Positions 21,240 through 30,661 of a stretch of 64,000 nt of DNA are shown one piece after another (position 1 is the stretch's first letter; the number at the start of each line of letters is the position of its first letter). Below the pieces are notes generated by a model, which worked only from the letters and a program-made list of their open reading frames with translations, was not told the origin of the DNA and made no database searches. Location: sequence record OL615012; one strand, 5' to 3'. Source of the DNA: Shigella phage vB_SboM_Phaginator. Position numbers and translations under genes: made by a program.

Positions 21240-22334
21240 ATGGCAATTGTTAAAGAAATAACTACTGATTTAATTAAAAAGTCCGGTGAGAAAATTTCAG
21301 CTGGACAGAGCACTAAATCAGAAGTAGTAACTAAAACATACACTGCCCAGTTTCCAACTGGGCGTGCTAGTGGTAATGACACTACAGGGGACTTCCAGGT
21401 AACAGATCTATATAAGAATGGATTATTATTTACTGCATACAATATGTCATCTAGGGATTCTGGAAGTCTTAGATCGATGAGATCTAACTACTCTTCTTCA
21501 TCTTCGAGTATTTTACGTACAGCCAGAAACACTATTAGTAGTACAGTATCAAAACTATCAAATGGATTAATATCAAATAATAATTCAGGAACAATAAGTA
21601 AAGCTCCTGTCGCAAACATTCTTTTACCGAGATCTAAATCTGATGTTGACACATCATCGCATAGATTTAACGATGTTCAAGAAAGCCTTATCAGTAGAGG
21701 CGGAGGTACTGCTACTGGTGTGCTAAGTAATATTGCTTCAACTGCAGTATTTGGTGCACTGGAAAGTATAACACAAGGTATAATGGCTGATAATAATGAA
21801 CAGATTTATACGACAGCCAGAAGTATGTACGGCGGTGCTGAAAATAGAACTAAAGTGTTTACATGGGATTTGACTCCACGTTCAACAGAAGATTTAATGG
21901 CTATTATTAATATCTATCAGTATTTTAACTATTTTTCTTATGGTGAAACAGGTAAATCTCAATATGCTGCTGAAATAAAGGGGTATTTAGATGATTGGTA
22001 TCGTTCTACATTAATTGAACCTTTATCTCCGGAAGACGCAGCTAAAAATAAAACACTATTTGAGAAAATGACAGCAAGTTTAACGAACGTTCTTGTAGTT
22101 TCAAACCCGACAATTTGGATGGTGAAAAACTTTGGTGCAACATCTAAGTTTGATGGAAAAACGGAAATATTTGGTCCATGCCAAATACAAAGCATTAGAT
22201 TTGATAAAACACCTAATGGTAACTTTAACGGATTAGCTATTGCTCCAAACCTCCCTAGTACATTTACTCTCGAGATTACTATGAGAGAAATTATCACGTT
22301 AAACCGTGCTTCTTTATATGCGGGGACTTTTTAA
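21240..22334 (+). CDS. 48: Baseplate tail-tube initiator gp48
   Basis: 364-aa ORF, T4 gp48 length. Confidence 0.9.
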   Translation: MAIVKEITTDLIKKSGEKISAGQSTKSEVVTKTYTAQFPTGRASGNDTTGDFQVTDLYKNGLLFTAYNMSSRDSGSLRSMRSNYSSSSSSILRTARNTISSTVSKLSNGLISNNNSGTISKAPVANILLPRSKSDVDTSSHRFNDVQESLISRGGGTATGVLSNIASTAVFGALESITQGIMADNNEQIYTTARSMYGGAENRTKVFTWDLTPRSTEDLMAIINIYQYFNYFSYGETGKSQYAAEIKGYLDDWYRSTLIEPLSPEDAAKNKTLFEKMTASLTNVLVVSNPTIWMVKNFGATSKFDGKTEIFGPCQIQSIRFDKTPNGNFNGLAIAPNLPSTFTLEITMREIITLNRASLYAGTF

Positions 22335-23299
22335 TGTATTCTTTAGAGGAATTTAATAATCAAGCAATAAACGCAGATTTCCAACGTAATAATATGTTTA
22401 GCTGCGTTTTCGCAACAACTCCATCAACTAAAAGCTCTTCGTTGATAAGTTCAATTAGCAACTTTTCTTATAATAACTTGGGTCTAAATTCAGATTGGTT
22501 AGGATTAACTCAAGGTGATATTAATCAGGGAATTACTACGCTAATTACAGCTGGCACACAAAAACTGATAAGAAAATCAGGGGTTAGTAAATATCTTATT
22601 GGTGCCATGAGTCAACGTACAGTTCAAAGTTTATTAGGCTCATTTACAGTTGGTACATATTTAATTGACTTCTTTAACATGGCATATAACTCATCTGGAT
22701 TGATGATATATTCTGTAAAAATGCCAGAGAATAGATTATCCTATGAAACTGACTGGAACTATAATTCTCCTAATATTCGTATAACCGGAAGAGAATTAGA
22801 CCCTTTGGTTATTTCATTTAGAATGGATTCAGAAGCTTGTAACTATCGTGCAATGCAAGACTGGGTTAACTCTGTTCAAGACCCAGTAACTGGATTACGT
22901 GCTTTGCCACAAGATGTCGAGGCAGATATTCAGGTTAATCTTCATGCTCGTAATGGATTACCTCATACTGCGGTGATGTTCACCGGATGCATTCCAATAT
23001 CAGTGAGCGCTCCTGAGTTATCATATGATGGAGATAACCAAATAACTACATTTGATGTTACTTTTGCGTATAGAGTCATGCAGGCTGGGTCGGTTGATAG
23101 ACAAGCTGCGCTTGAGTGGCTTGAATCTGCTGCTATAAATGGCATTCAAAGTGTTCTCGGAAATAGTGGAGGTGTTACTGGATTATCTAATTCGCTTTCA
23201 CGACTTAGTAGATTAGGAGGAACTGCTGGAAGCATTTCAAACATTAATACTATGACGGGAATTGTCAACTCGCAAAGTAAAATATTAGGAGCAATATAA
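22334..23299 (+). CDS. 54: Baseplate tail-tube initiator gp54
   Basis: 321-aa ORF, T4 gp54 about 320 aa. Confidence 0.9.
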   Translation: MYSLEEFNNQAINADFQRNNMFSCVFATTPSTKSSSLISSISNFSYNNLGLNSDWLGLTQGDINQGITTLITAGTQKLIRKSGVSKYLIGAMSQRTVQSLLGSFTVGTYLIDFFNMAYNSSGLMIYSVKMPENRLSYETDWNYNSPNIRITGRELDPLVISFRMDSEACNYRAMQDWVNSVQDPVTGLRALPQDVEADIQVNLHARNGLPHTAVMFTGCIPISVSAPELSYDGDNQITTFDVTFAYRVMQAGSVDRQAALEWLESAAINGIQSVLGNSGGVTGLSNSLSRLSRLGGTAGSISNINTMTGIVNSQSKILGAI

Positions 23300-23302
23300 C
23301 AA

Positions 23303-23330
23303 TGGGGACCGAAAGGTCCCCATATTTTTT
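23303..23330. terminator. Bidirectional terminator between gene 54 and convergent early ORF
   Basis: GGGGACC-GAAA-GGUCCCC hairpin followed by ATATTTTTT. Confidence 0.7.
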
Positions 23331-23619
23331 ATTTACGGAATGAAATAAAAGCAGCAACTGAAGCAACTAAACTGTCTTCAATATAAACTTCAATTTTTAC
23401 CGGAGCTTCTGATTCAAATTTACCTGTTACTACACCCTGAAAAATACTTTCAGTCTGTTCTGGCTTTGAAAAATTTTCAGAAGGAAAAATTCCGAACTTT
23501 TTATCTGTTCCAAAAATTTTGATAAATTCATCGTAAACTGCTTCATTAAAAGCATTATCAGCAGGAATAACGCCTTCAACTACAAGTTCTTGACCTAAAA
23601 AGCGCAAAGAAGATTTCAT
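23329..23619 (-). CDS. Hypothetical protein downstream of alt
   Basis: 96-aa ORF with GAGGA ribosome-binding site and early-promoter-like cassette upstream. Confidence 0.6.
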   Translation of the reverse strand: MKSSLRFLGQELVVEGVIPADNAFNEAVYDEFIKIFGTDKKFGIFPSENFSKPEQTESIFQGVVTGKFESEAPVKIEVYIEDSLVASVAAFISFRK

Positions 23620-23680
23620 TTTGTGTTCCTCATGTTATGTCAGTAAGATTACTATAACACAACACGAGGGACTTGTAAAC
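23620..23680 (-). promoter_or_regulatory. Early-promoter-like cassette (GTTTAC -35, 18 bp spacer, TGnTATAGT -10) with inverted repeat covering the ribosome-binding site
   Basis: Minus-strand GTTTAC (23675-23680), TATAGT (23651-23656); inverted repeat CCUCAUGUU / AACACGAGG; near-identical copy upstream of alc. Confidence 0.5.
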
Positions 23681-25737
23681 TACATTTTGAACTTTTTAGA
23701 CATTCCGTTAATGTTAACCAAAGAAGCTAAGATTTGAGAAACTTCGTTTTCCTCTTCTTTTGATTCTTCTACAAGGAATTGATTAAATCCAGTCATTGGA
23801 CGAACTTCACCAGTTTCCATCAAATGGTCGCCATCATATACTGATTCCTCTAATTGTTCAGAAGGAGGAACGATTGTACCTTCGATTAGATACTTGTTAT
23901 AAGCAGTTTCTTTCATAAAGTACGTACTTACTTTATTAATCTTCAGTAAAATTCCACGTGGTAGAATAACTTCAGCTTCTGATGGAAATCCTGATAAATG
24001 ACCTGGAACGATAACTTTGATTCGCTCAGCTCCTTTAATTACCATACCCACGCTAGTTTCAGCATCTTCATTAGCATATGTAGAATGACTACCCATATGC
24101 ATCAAATCTTCTGCATCAACGGAACCTTCTCCTTCACCAGAAAATACTGCGCCGGAATCATCTAGAGCCATATAGTTTTTACCATGCTCACCGAAGATAT
24201 TTGGTTTAAGCGATGTGGATACGAAGTTCTTGAAATAGAACATTTTGTTTTCAATGTTATGACGCAAAGTTTTAAAGGTAACTTCTTGACCACGGTAAAG
24301 TGTAGTTCCTGGAGGAAGAACTGAACCTTTAGCGAATGCAGAATCAAGCGTCTCAATATGTTTAATAGCTCGTTCCATATATTCTTCACGGGTAGAATCT
24401 GGTTTACCCAAAAGGAACGAGTTCATTTCAACATATGAATCTGCGCAATAATCTTCAATTACATCAGATTCAGCTTGAGTTAATCCTTTTGGAGTTACTT
24501 CGGTGCTCGCGTATTCATATGCCTGAGCGGCAGATTCATTAATCAATTTATAAATGCCATTCATGACAAATTGAATAATAGCTGTCTTTTCATCTGGTGT
24601 AGCTTTAGAACCTTTAACTAAATCATTGATAATTTTCTTAATAACATCAAAGCTATTAGAAATATTAATGTCAGCAAGATCGCTTAAAATTTTATCAGTT
24701 TTATAATCAAAGAATTCTTTATTCTTTAAATATTCTTGAGAACCTTGATATGTTATATCGCTCTGCAACTTGATAGATGGATCACGTAAACGCGCATGGG
24801 CTAATGCAATATGATTTCGGAAACTTTCTAGTTCATAATCATTAGATTTAAAACGAGAAGCACTTCTCATACCACCGATAGCTCCTTTGCTGAAGTTTGA
24901 ACCAATCTGAATAACGCCAGAGTTCATTGGTCCTTCTGCTTTATATACCGGAACTTTAGATTCAAACTCTTGATATTTCTTAGCAGCGAAGCTATCACCC
25001 TGAAGTGAAGCATCAACAGTAGAATATTGAGCTTGTGCTGCTAATCGACGACTAATTTTAGTTTTCTGAATAACAGCTTGATCAGTGCGCTTATCATTTT
25101 CTAAAGCAATAGAAGCAGCAACAGCAACAGCTTTAGGAACAGCATTTCCTGTTTTAACGTCTACATAAACATCACCAACCTTTGATTCAACTTTTGTGAA
25201 TAACTCAGTTGAAATAGGAGGTATACCTGGAATGTCTTCTAAATTGGCATTTTTACGGTAAACCATAATATATGCATATTTCTTATCATAGTCCCAGATT
25301 TCCTTTAAAAGAACATACCGACCTGCTCCTTTAGTACGTACTAAACGGTCAGCAATAACTTGCATTTGACGGGCTGCGCCATTTGTTTTACTTTTTAGTA
25401 CGCGGAATAGGCATGCATCAATTTTATACTGTTTCATTGTTTGAAGAGCAGTATCAAAAACAGCATTAATGACGCCAATTGGATTTCCACCCAAGTTTTT
25501 AAGCTTGACTAACGATAATTTCTCGTTGACACCTATCATTACGATATGCATCATTTTGTCGCCCGGCTTAACGTTTTTATTCGTATCGCCGCCAGAGGTG
25601 TATGTACAAAATCTAAATCCAGGAAGCACGCTTTCTTCGCCGACTTGGATAGCAAAAATTTGTGGTATTTTATGCTTAGGATTTAAGTTAACAACCGGCG
25701 CCGAAGCGCCGTCAAATAATTCTGTAATAAGTTCCAT
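23680..25737 (-). CDS. alt: Alt ADP-ribosyltransferase (packaged, modifies host RNA polymerase), copy 1
   Basis: 685-aa ORF (T4 Alt 682 aa); R-S-E motifs (YRGQ, FVSTSL, EAEVILPRG); N-terminal MELITE resembles a gp21 cleavage/capsid-targeting signal. Confidence 0.9.
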   Translation of the reverse strand: MELITELFDGASAPVVNLNPKHKIPQIFAIQVGEESVLPGFRFCTYTSGGDTNKNVKPGDKMMHIVMIGVNEKLSLVKLKNLGGNPIGVINAVFDTALQTMKQYKIDACLFRVLKSKTNGAARQMQVIADRLVRTKGAGRYVLLKEIWDYDKKYAYIMVYRKNANLEDIPGIPPISTELFTKVESKVGDVYVDVKTGNAVPKAVAVAASIALENDKRTDQAVIQKTKISRRLAAQAQYSTVDASLQGDSFAAKKYQEFESKVPVYKAEGPMNSGVIQIGSNFSKGAIGGMRSASRFKSNDYELESFRNHIALAHARLRDPSIKLQSDITYQGSQEYLKNKEFFDYKTDKILSDLADINISNSFDVIKKIINDLVKGSKATPDEKTAIIQFVMNGIYKLINESAAQAYEYASTEVTPKGLTQAESDVIEDYCADSYVEMNSFLLGKPDSTREEYMERAIKHIETLDSAFAKGSVLPPGTTLYRGQEVTFKTLRHNIENKMFYFKNFVSTSLKPNIFGEHGKNYMALDDSGAVFSGEGEGSVDAEDLMHMGSHSTYANEDAETSVGMVIKGAERIKVIVPGHLSGFPSEAEVILPRGILLKINKVSTYFMKETAYNKYLIEGTIVPPSEQLEESVYDGDHLMETGEVRPMTGFNQFLVEESKEEENEVSQILASLVNINGMSKKFKM

Positions 25738-25740
25738 GAT

Positions 25741-27834
25741 TTATCCTTGAACGAACTTGTAAGGCATGTTTGTAATATCTATGCAAGACGCAATAATTCC
25801 AAGAGATGATTCTACTTTCTGTTTAACATTTGATGAAACAAATGATGCAAAGTCAACTCTGTCTTCTATTTCAATATCATCTGTCATTGCAACTACTTCG
25901 CCGGTTTCCATTAAATGGTCTCCGTCATAGATTACCGATTCGGTGAGTTCTTCTGTGGTCATAACTTCAGCTTGAATGAGTTTTGTATTATTAGATGTTG
26001 TTCCGTCATTATTAGAAGCATCAGTTATTTTATTAACTTTGACCATCAATCCGCGCGGTAGAATAACTTCAGCTTCTGTTGCTATTCCGAGACTTCCTGG
26101 ATATACAACATTAACTTTATGAGCTCCATCAATTGCCCATCCTATTTGAACTTTAACGTATTCAGGATTTTCTTTATACGCTCTTATTTCGCTTGGATTA
26201 ATAGTTATTCCTTCTTCATTTTTATCAACTGTCAATTCATTACGAGCTTCTGGTTCTAAAAGACCAATACCAGCATGTGTAATTCCAAAACGTCCAAAAA
26301 TGATAGGAGTTAAAGAAGTAGATACAAAATTTCTGAAATAGAACACTTTATTTTTAACTAGTGCTTCGTATATAGGAGCAGTCATACTTTGAGCACGATA
26401 AACTGTGATGCCTTCCGGTATGCGGTCACCATTTTCAAAAGCTGAATCTAAGTTATTTATAGCAGATTCAATTTCTTTTTCACTCATTACATCATATCGT
26501 TCTGGATTGTAACGACCTAAAAGAAGATTATTGATGTCAGTATATCCTGAACCGCAATATTCTCTAATGCCACGCTTTTGTGATGGAGTATATTTAGAAC
26601 CATCACGGGCAATAGTAATATCAATCATTGGACCAGCACCAATTCCAGAAAAACTGTAAATCATTCGTTTGAGGAATTTAGTTTTTGCTGCGTTCCAGGA
26701 ATTTTTAGTTATTTCTTCCCAGACTTCATCTGGTTGTCCTTTACGAGTTTTATTATGTTTATCAAGCCAATTATCTTTATATTCTTCAAAGAATTTATTA
26801 ACAGCTGCTGCGTATTTCTCTAAACATTTTATTGAAGTAGTTGGTTCATTTTTGATTGCGTTAAAAATTACATCTTTAATTTTTTCTGAAACTTCATCAA
26901 CCTCACTTTTTGAAAAGAATTTATAGTCATAGTGAAGTTCATTCGCAGTTCCTTCGGCAATAATTTTTGCTGCCTTAGTTTTAGAAGCTAATGAATTAAT
27001 TCCAAGCTTCATTTCTTCTGCTTCGGGAATTAAAGGAGCGGTAGCAGGTTTATTGAAATTAGCTGCGGTAGATTCATACTTCTGGAATAATTCACTTTCA
27101 AATCTAGAAGATTCCAATGATTGACTTTGTGCAATTGCTCTACGGGAAATTTTAACTTTAACGATTACCGCTTGGTCAGAACGTTTATCATTTTCTTGCG
27201 CAATAGATGCTGCAATTGCCTCATTTTTAGTTACTTGGGCTCCAGTATCTTTATTGATATAAACATCACCGACCTTTGATTCAACTTTAGTAAATAGCTC
27301 GGTACTAATTTCCGGAACTCCTGGAATGTCTTCTAGTGATACATTTTTGCGATGTATAAGAATATATGCATACTTTTTATCGTAATCCCAGAGTTCCTTA
27401 AGAAGGACGTATCTGCCACCTGAACGACTACGGATAAGTCTATCAGCAATAACTTGAATTTGTCGAGCTTGGCCAGCAGTTTTAGACTTAAGAATACGAA
27501 GCATACAAGCATCAATTTTATATTGACGCATAGTTTGCATTGCAACAGTAAAAACTGAATTGATATAATTAATTGGGCTTGGACCAAGACCTTTTAATTT
27601 AGCAATTGAACCTTTAGCAGTTAATGTAAAAGGAACAATATGCATCATTTTATCGCCCATCTTTAAATCGCGATTAGTATCACCTCCAGATGTATAGGTA
27701 CATAAACGAAAGCCTGGTTGTTCAATTGCATCATCAACATGAACTGAAAAAATTTGTGGTATTTTCTTCTTTGGATTTAAGTTTGTAATCGGAAGAGTAG
27801 TATCTTCGTCAAATAATTCTGTAATAAGTTCCAT
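25741..27834 (-). CDS. Alt-like ADP-ribosyltransferase paralog, copy 2
   Basis: 697-aa ORF; same N-terminal MELITELFD, conserved first ~230 aa and same R-S-E motifs (YRAQ, FVSTSL, EAEVILPRG), divergent middle region. Confidence 0.85.
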   Translation of the reverse strand: MELITELFDEDTTLPITNLNPKKKIPQIFSVHVDDAIEQPGFRLCTYTSGGDTNRDLKMGDKMMHIVPFTLTAKGSIAKLKGLGPSPINYINSVFTVAMQTMRQYKIDACMLRILKSKTAGQARQIQVIADRLIRSRSGGRYVLLKELWDYDKKYAYILIHRKNVSLEDIPGVPEISTELFTKVESKVGDVYINKDTGAQVTKNEAIAASIAQENDKRSDQAVIVKVKISRRAIAQSQSLESSRFESELFQKYESTAANFNKPATAPLIPEAEEMKLGINSLASKTKAAKIIAEGTANELHYDYKFFSKSEVDEVSEKIKDVIFNAIKNEPTTSIKCLEKYAAAVNKFFEEYKDNWLDKHNKTRKGQPDEVWEEITKNSWNAAKTKFLKRMIYSFSGIGAGPMIDITIARDGSKYTPSQKRGIREYCGSGYTDINNLLLGRYNPERYDVMSEKEIESAINNLDSAFENGDRIPEGITVYRAQSMTAPIYEALVKNKVFYFRNFVSTSLTPIIFGRFGITHAGIGLLEPEARNELTVDKNEEGITINPSEIRAYKENPEYVKVQIGWAIDGAHKVNVVYPGSLGIATEAEVILPRGLMVKVNKITDASNNDGTTSNNTKLIQAEVMTTEELTESVIYDGDHLMETGEVVAMTDDIEIEDRVDFASFVSSNVKQKVESSLGIIASCIDITNMPYKFVQG

Positions 27835-27857
27835 TATAGCCTCTCTAGTGTTTATTC

Positions 27858-27865
27858 TATTTATA
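27858..27865 (-). promoter_or_regulatory. Late promoter (TATAAATA, minus strand) for alt paralog
   Basis: Minus-strand TATAAATA 24 bp upstream of ATG at 27834. Confidence 0.55.
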
Positions 27866-27870
27866 AAATT

Positions 27871-27888
27871 AAAGGCCCGAAGGCCTTT
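27871..27888 (-). terminator. Hairpin terminator at end of the gene 30 transcription unit
   Basis: AAAGGCC-CGAA-GGCCUUU hairpin overlapping stop codon of 62-aa ORF. Confidence 0.5.
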
Positions 27889-28075
27889 AGTAATCTAGTG
27901 GTAAGAGAGTACGATATATTTCAAACTTTGGTCCTTTTTCATAGGCATCAAATGTTTCTGTAAATTTATTATAAGCGTATGCATCTACAAATTCGAGAAT
28001 GACTTGTGATACAGAAGTAGAAACATCTCCACCTTCTTTTTGAGCAATGACAATTGTTTCTAAGTAAGCTTTCAT
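27887..28075 (-). CDS. Hypothetical protein
   Basis: 62-aa ORF with 4-nt overlap with ligase start. Confidence 0.5.
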   Translation of the reverse strand: MKAYLETIVIAQKEGGDVSTSVSQVILEFVDAYAYNKFTETFDAYEKGPKFEIYRTLLPLDY

Positions 28076-29535
28076 AAACCAGTTACCTCATGAAAATCGC
28101 CAAATACATCTTCAAACGTATTAGCTTTAGTTTTATCTTCACGTAAACGAATCGCAATCGGAAGAAATAATTTAACGTAATCAGTGCGGCCATCAGATTT
28201 TAACCAACCGTTGCATTCGCACTCTAGAATTTTTCCAATATAATAATTTTGGTTTTCCATAATGCGAGTACGGTCAAGTTCATGCGATTTTACACCGGCT
28301 TTATCTTTTAAGCCTGAACCAGCATTTACTTTAATTTTTCCACACTCTGACTCAAGAATAAATCCACCCGCTTTAGTAGGGTCTTTACGGTGAGGATAAA
28401 TTCCTACAATTTTTAAATCAACATCAATTACTTCTTTAAATTTATAAAGATTTTTTGAACGAGCATTTTCCCATAATCCATCGATATTTTTGAGAATAAT
28501 ACCTTCAAGACCTTGGTCAATATACTTTTTGTAAATTACCTTAGCTTCATCTAGGTTATTTACTACTTGGTTTTCAATTAAAATTACTTTATCATAGCCT
28601 GATGTCATTTGTTCTAGTTTAGAAAAACGTACATCATACTTTAAACGAAATGCAGGAAGACCATATATTTCTACTAATGGAACATAGTCCCAGACCTGAA
28701 ACTTCATGCATTGTGCTTCTTTTTCGGAAATGGTTCCCTTTAAAGATTTATTAGCGATTCCATTAGAAGTAGTACGTGATTCAGCTACTTCGGCGAATTC
28801 TTTAGCTTTACTAATTTCAGGATAAGCATCAAAAAGAAAATCTAGGCCTTCTGGCTCCTTTTCAACTTGCTCGTGGTATACCAATTCGCCATCAATTAAC
28901 ACACCTTCTGGATGAATCTGGCGGGCTTCAGCGGTCATTTTGATTAACTCTTCCTTAAGAAGATCTAATCCTAGGTATTCATTACCAGCTCGTGATAAAA
29001 GACGAACATCATCTAATTCATCACCTCTGACTTCGGCAAAGCACCGAGCTCCATCAGCCTTTAACTGGGCAAAAGCTGGAAATTTGATATTCTTATTAAT
29101 GCCTTTTTCATCATAAGAACTTGCCAGCATTTGAGGTTGTTCAGGAATTAAACCTGGCCAAACTTTGTTTGCAATAGATATTGAAGCACCGCATTCAAGG
29201 TCTCGCATCATCACTCGACGCAAAACTTCAACATCATCCTTTTTACCATCGGTGATATATCCAGTCAATTCCTCAATTGCAGCATTTCCGGTCAATTTCC
29301 GAGTAGCTAACGTGAATTCAATGAAGTCAAGCATATCGGTAATAGTCAGCATTCCAAAACTCTGGGTAGCAATACCAGGTTTAGGCCATTTCTTGATATA
29401 ATACTGCAACCCACGAGAATAAGTCAGACGATATACTCGTTTAAGCAATTCATTATCTTTATTCTTTTCAAGAATTGCTTGCTTCTGCTTAGTTGAACCA
29501 ATAGATGCTATTTCGTTCAGAATTTTAAGAATCAT
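28072..29535 (-). CDS. 30: DNA ligase gp30 (ATP-dependent)
   Basis: 487-aa ORF, N-terminus MILKILNEIASIGSTKQKQAILEK as in T4 DNA ligase; adenylation motif KADGAR. Confidence 0.96.
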   Translation of the reverse strand: MILKILNEIASIGSTKQKQAILEKNKDNELLKRVYRLTYSRGLQYYIKKWPKPGIATQSFGMLTITDMLDFIEFTLATRKLTGNAAIEELTGYITDGKKDDVEVLRRVMMRDLECGASISIANKVWPGLIPEQPQMLASSYDEKGINKNIKFPAFAQLKADGARCFAEVRGDELDDVRLLSRAGNEYLGLDLLKEELIKMTAEARQIHPEGVLIDGELVYHEQVEKEPEGLDFLFDAYPEISKAKEFAEVAESRTTSNGIANKSLKGTISEKEAQCMKFQVWDYVPLVEIYGLPAFRLKYDVRFSKLEQMTSGYDKVILIENQVVNNLDEAKVIYKKYIDQGLEGIILKNIDGLWENARSKNLYKFKEVIDVDLKIVGIYPHRKDPTKAGGFILESECGKIKVNAGSGLKDKAGVKSHELDRTRIMENQNYYIGKILECECNGWLKSDGRTDYVKLFLPIAIRLREDKTKANTFEDVFGDFHEVTGL

Positions 29536-29801
29536 TGTTCATCCTTTAGAGTTTGGTTTACAGCTCTATTATAAATCAATTCATCATTAAGCTCAGGCAA
29601 AGACTTATGATATGTAGTTCTAACTTTATTTCCTTGCATCCAGTGCTTGACGTAAATGAAACCTTGCTCTACACATTTTTTAAAAATTCGTTCGTCTTTT
29701 TGAGCTCGGAATTCTGGATTGCATCTAAAAAATTGATTTACGTGACCGTAATCACGTGTAGTATTACCTTCATTTTCATAAATAGTATGAACAACAAACA
29801 T
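29532..29801 (-). CDS. Hypothetical protein (30.1 position)
   Basis: 89-aa ORF overlapping stop/start with neighbours. Confidence 0.6.
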   Translation of the reverse strand: MFVVHTIYENEGNTTRDYGHVNQFFRCNPEFRAQKDERIFKKCVEQGFIYVKHWMQGNKVRTTYHKSLPELNDELIYNRAVNQTLKDEQ

Positions 29802-30661
29802 TAGAATGCTCCTTGGAAAATATTATCACCACTACCACTAGTAAGTCTATTAAAATACCCTGCATCGCCAGGCTTAATATAACTCCATGTATGGAATGGA
29901 TGGAATGGATTCTGATATGAGTGTGTATAATATGGATGATATGGATTATAAGGATTAAATCCAGGAGTTCTCCAAGTAGTGTTCCAACGAAAAGAATCGT
30001 TTTTAATCATCTTTTCAACTACATCTTTTATAGCTTTTTCACTATCAAAACTTTCTTTATTTTCCTTCGATGGAAAAAGCTTATTCTCTACATCATTCCA
30101 TGTATAAACTCGCTGTGCAGTTTTTGGAATACTGTCACGTTCCCCTCGAGCCATCCAATAAACAGGCACATTTAATATTTCACTCGCGTGATCGCAGTGG
30201 TGAGCGAGATCGTCAATATAACAAATTACGTTATATTTCTCTTTTGCCTTTTTGAACAACTCTTCTTTTGAAGAATCATGACCACACATCAATACTTCTG
30301 AGAAGGCACCAGGAAAAAGAGCATTCAAATTAAATTGACGATTCAGCAGAGCGTCAATAGAATCACCCAATGCTGTAACAGCTACAAAATTATAATCTTC
30401 TTTTAATTTGTTAATTACACACAGGGCATCTTTATATGGAGACAAGTAACGAATAAAATCTGAACGATTGTATTTTTCAATTAACTTGACGCCAAGTTCT
30501 TCATCACAATTAAAGAGTTTACCAGGAGAAATAAATTTCTCATCTTGGATCATTTTTAAAATATGTTCTAACGGAAGATTATATTTTTGGGCAAAATAAG
30601 GAAGACCTGATTGCCAGCTTAAACATACACCATCAATATCAGTCAAAATAGTAGGCTTCAT
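29801..30661 (-). CDS. HAD-like phosphatase/nucleotidase-family protein with aromatic His/Pro/Tyr-rich C-terminal tail
   Basis: 286-aa ORF; N-terminal DxDG motif (TDIDGV) typical of HAD hydrolases; unusual C-terminal low-complexity tail. Confidence 0.6.
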   Translation of the reverse strand: MKPTILTDIDGVCLSWQSGLPYFAQKYNLPLEHILKMIQDEKFISPGKLFNCDEELGVKLIEKYNRSDFIRYLSPYKDALCVINKLKEDYNFVAVTALGDSIDALLNRQFNLNALFPGAFSEVLMCGHDSSKEELFKKAKEKYNVICYIDDLAHHCDHASEILNVPVYWMARGERDSIPKTAQRVYTWNDVENKLFPSKENKESFDSEKAIKDVVEKMIKNDSFRWNTTWRTPGFNPYNPYHPYYTHSYQNPFHPFHTWSYIKPGDAGYFNRLTSGSGDNIFQGAF

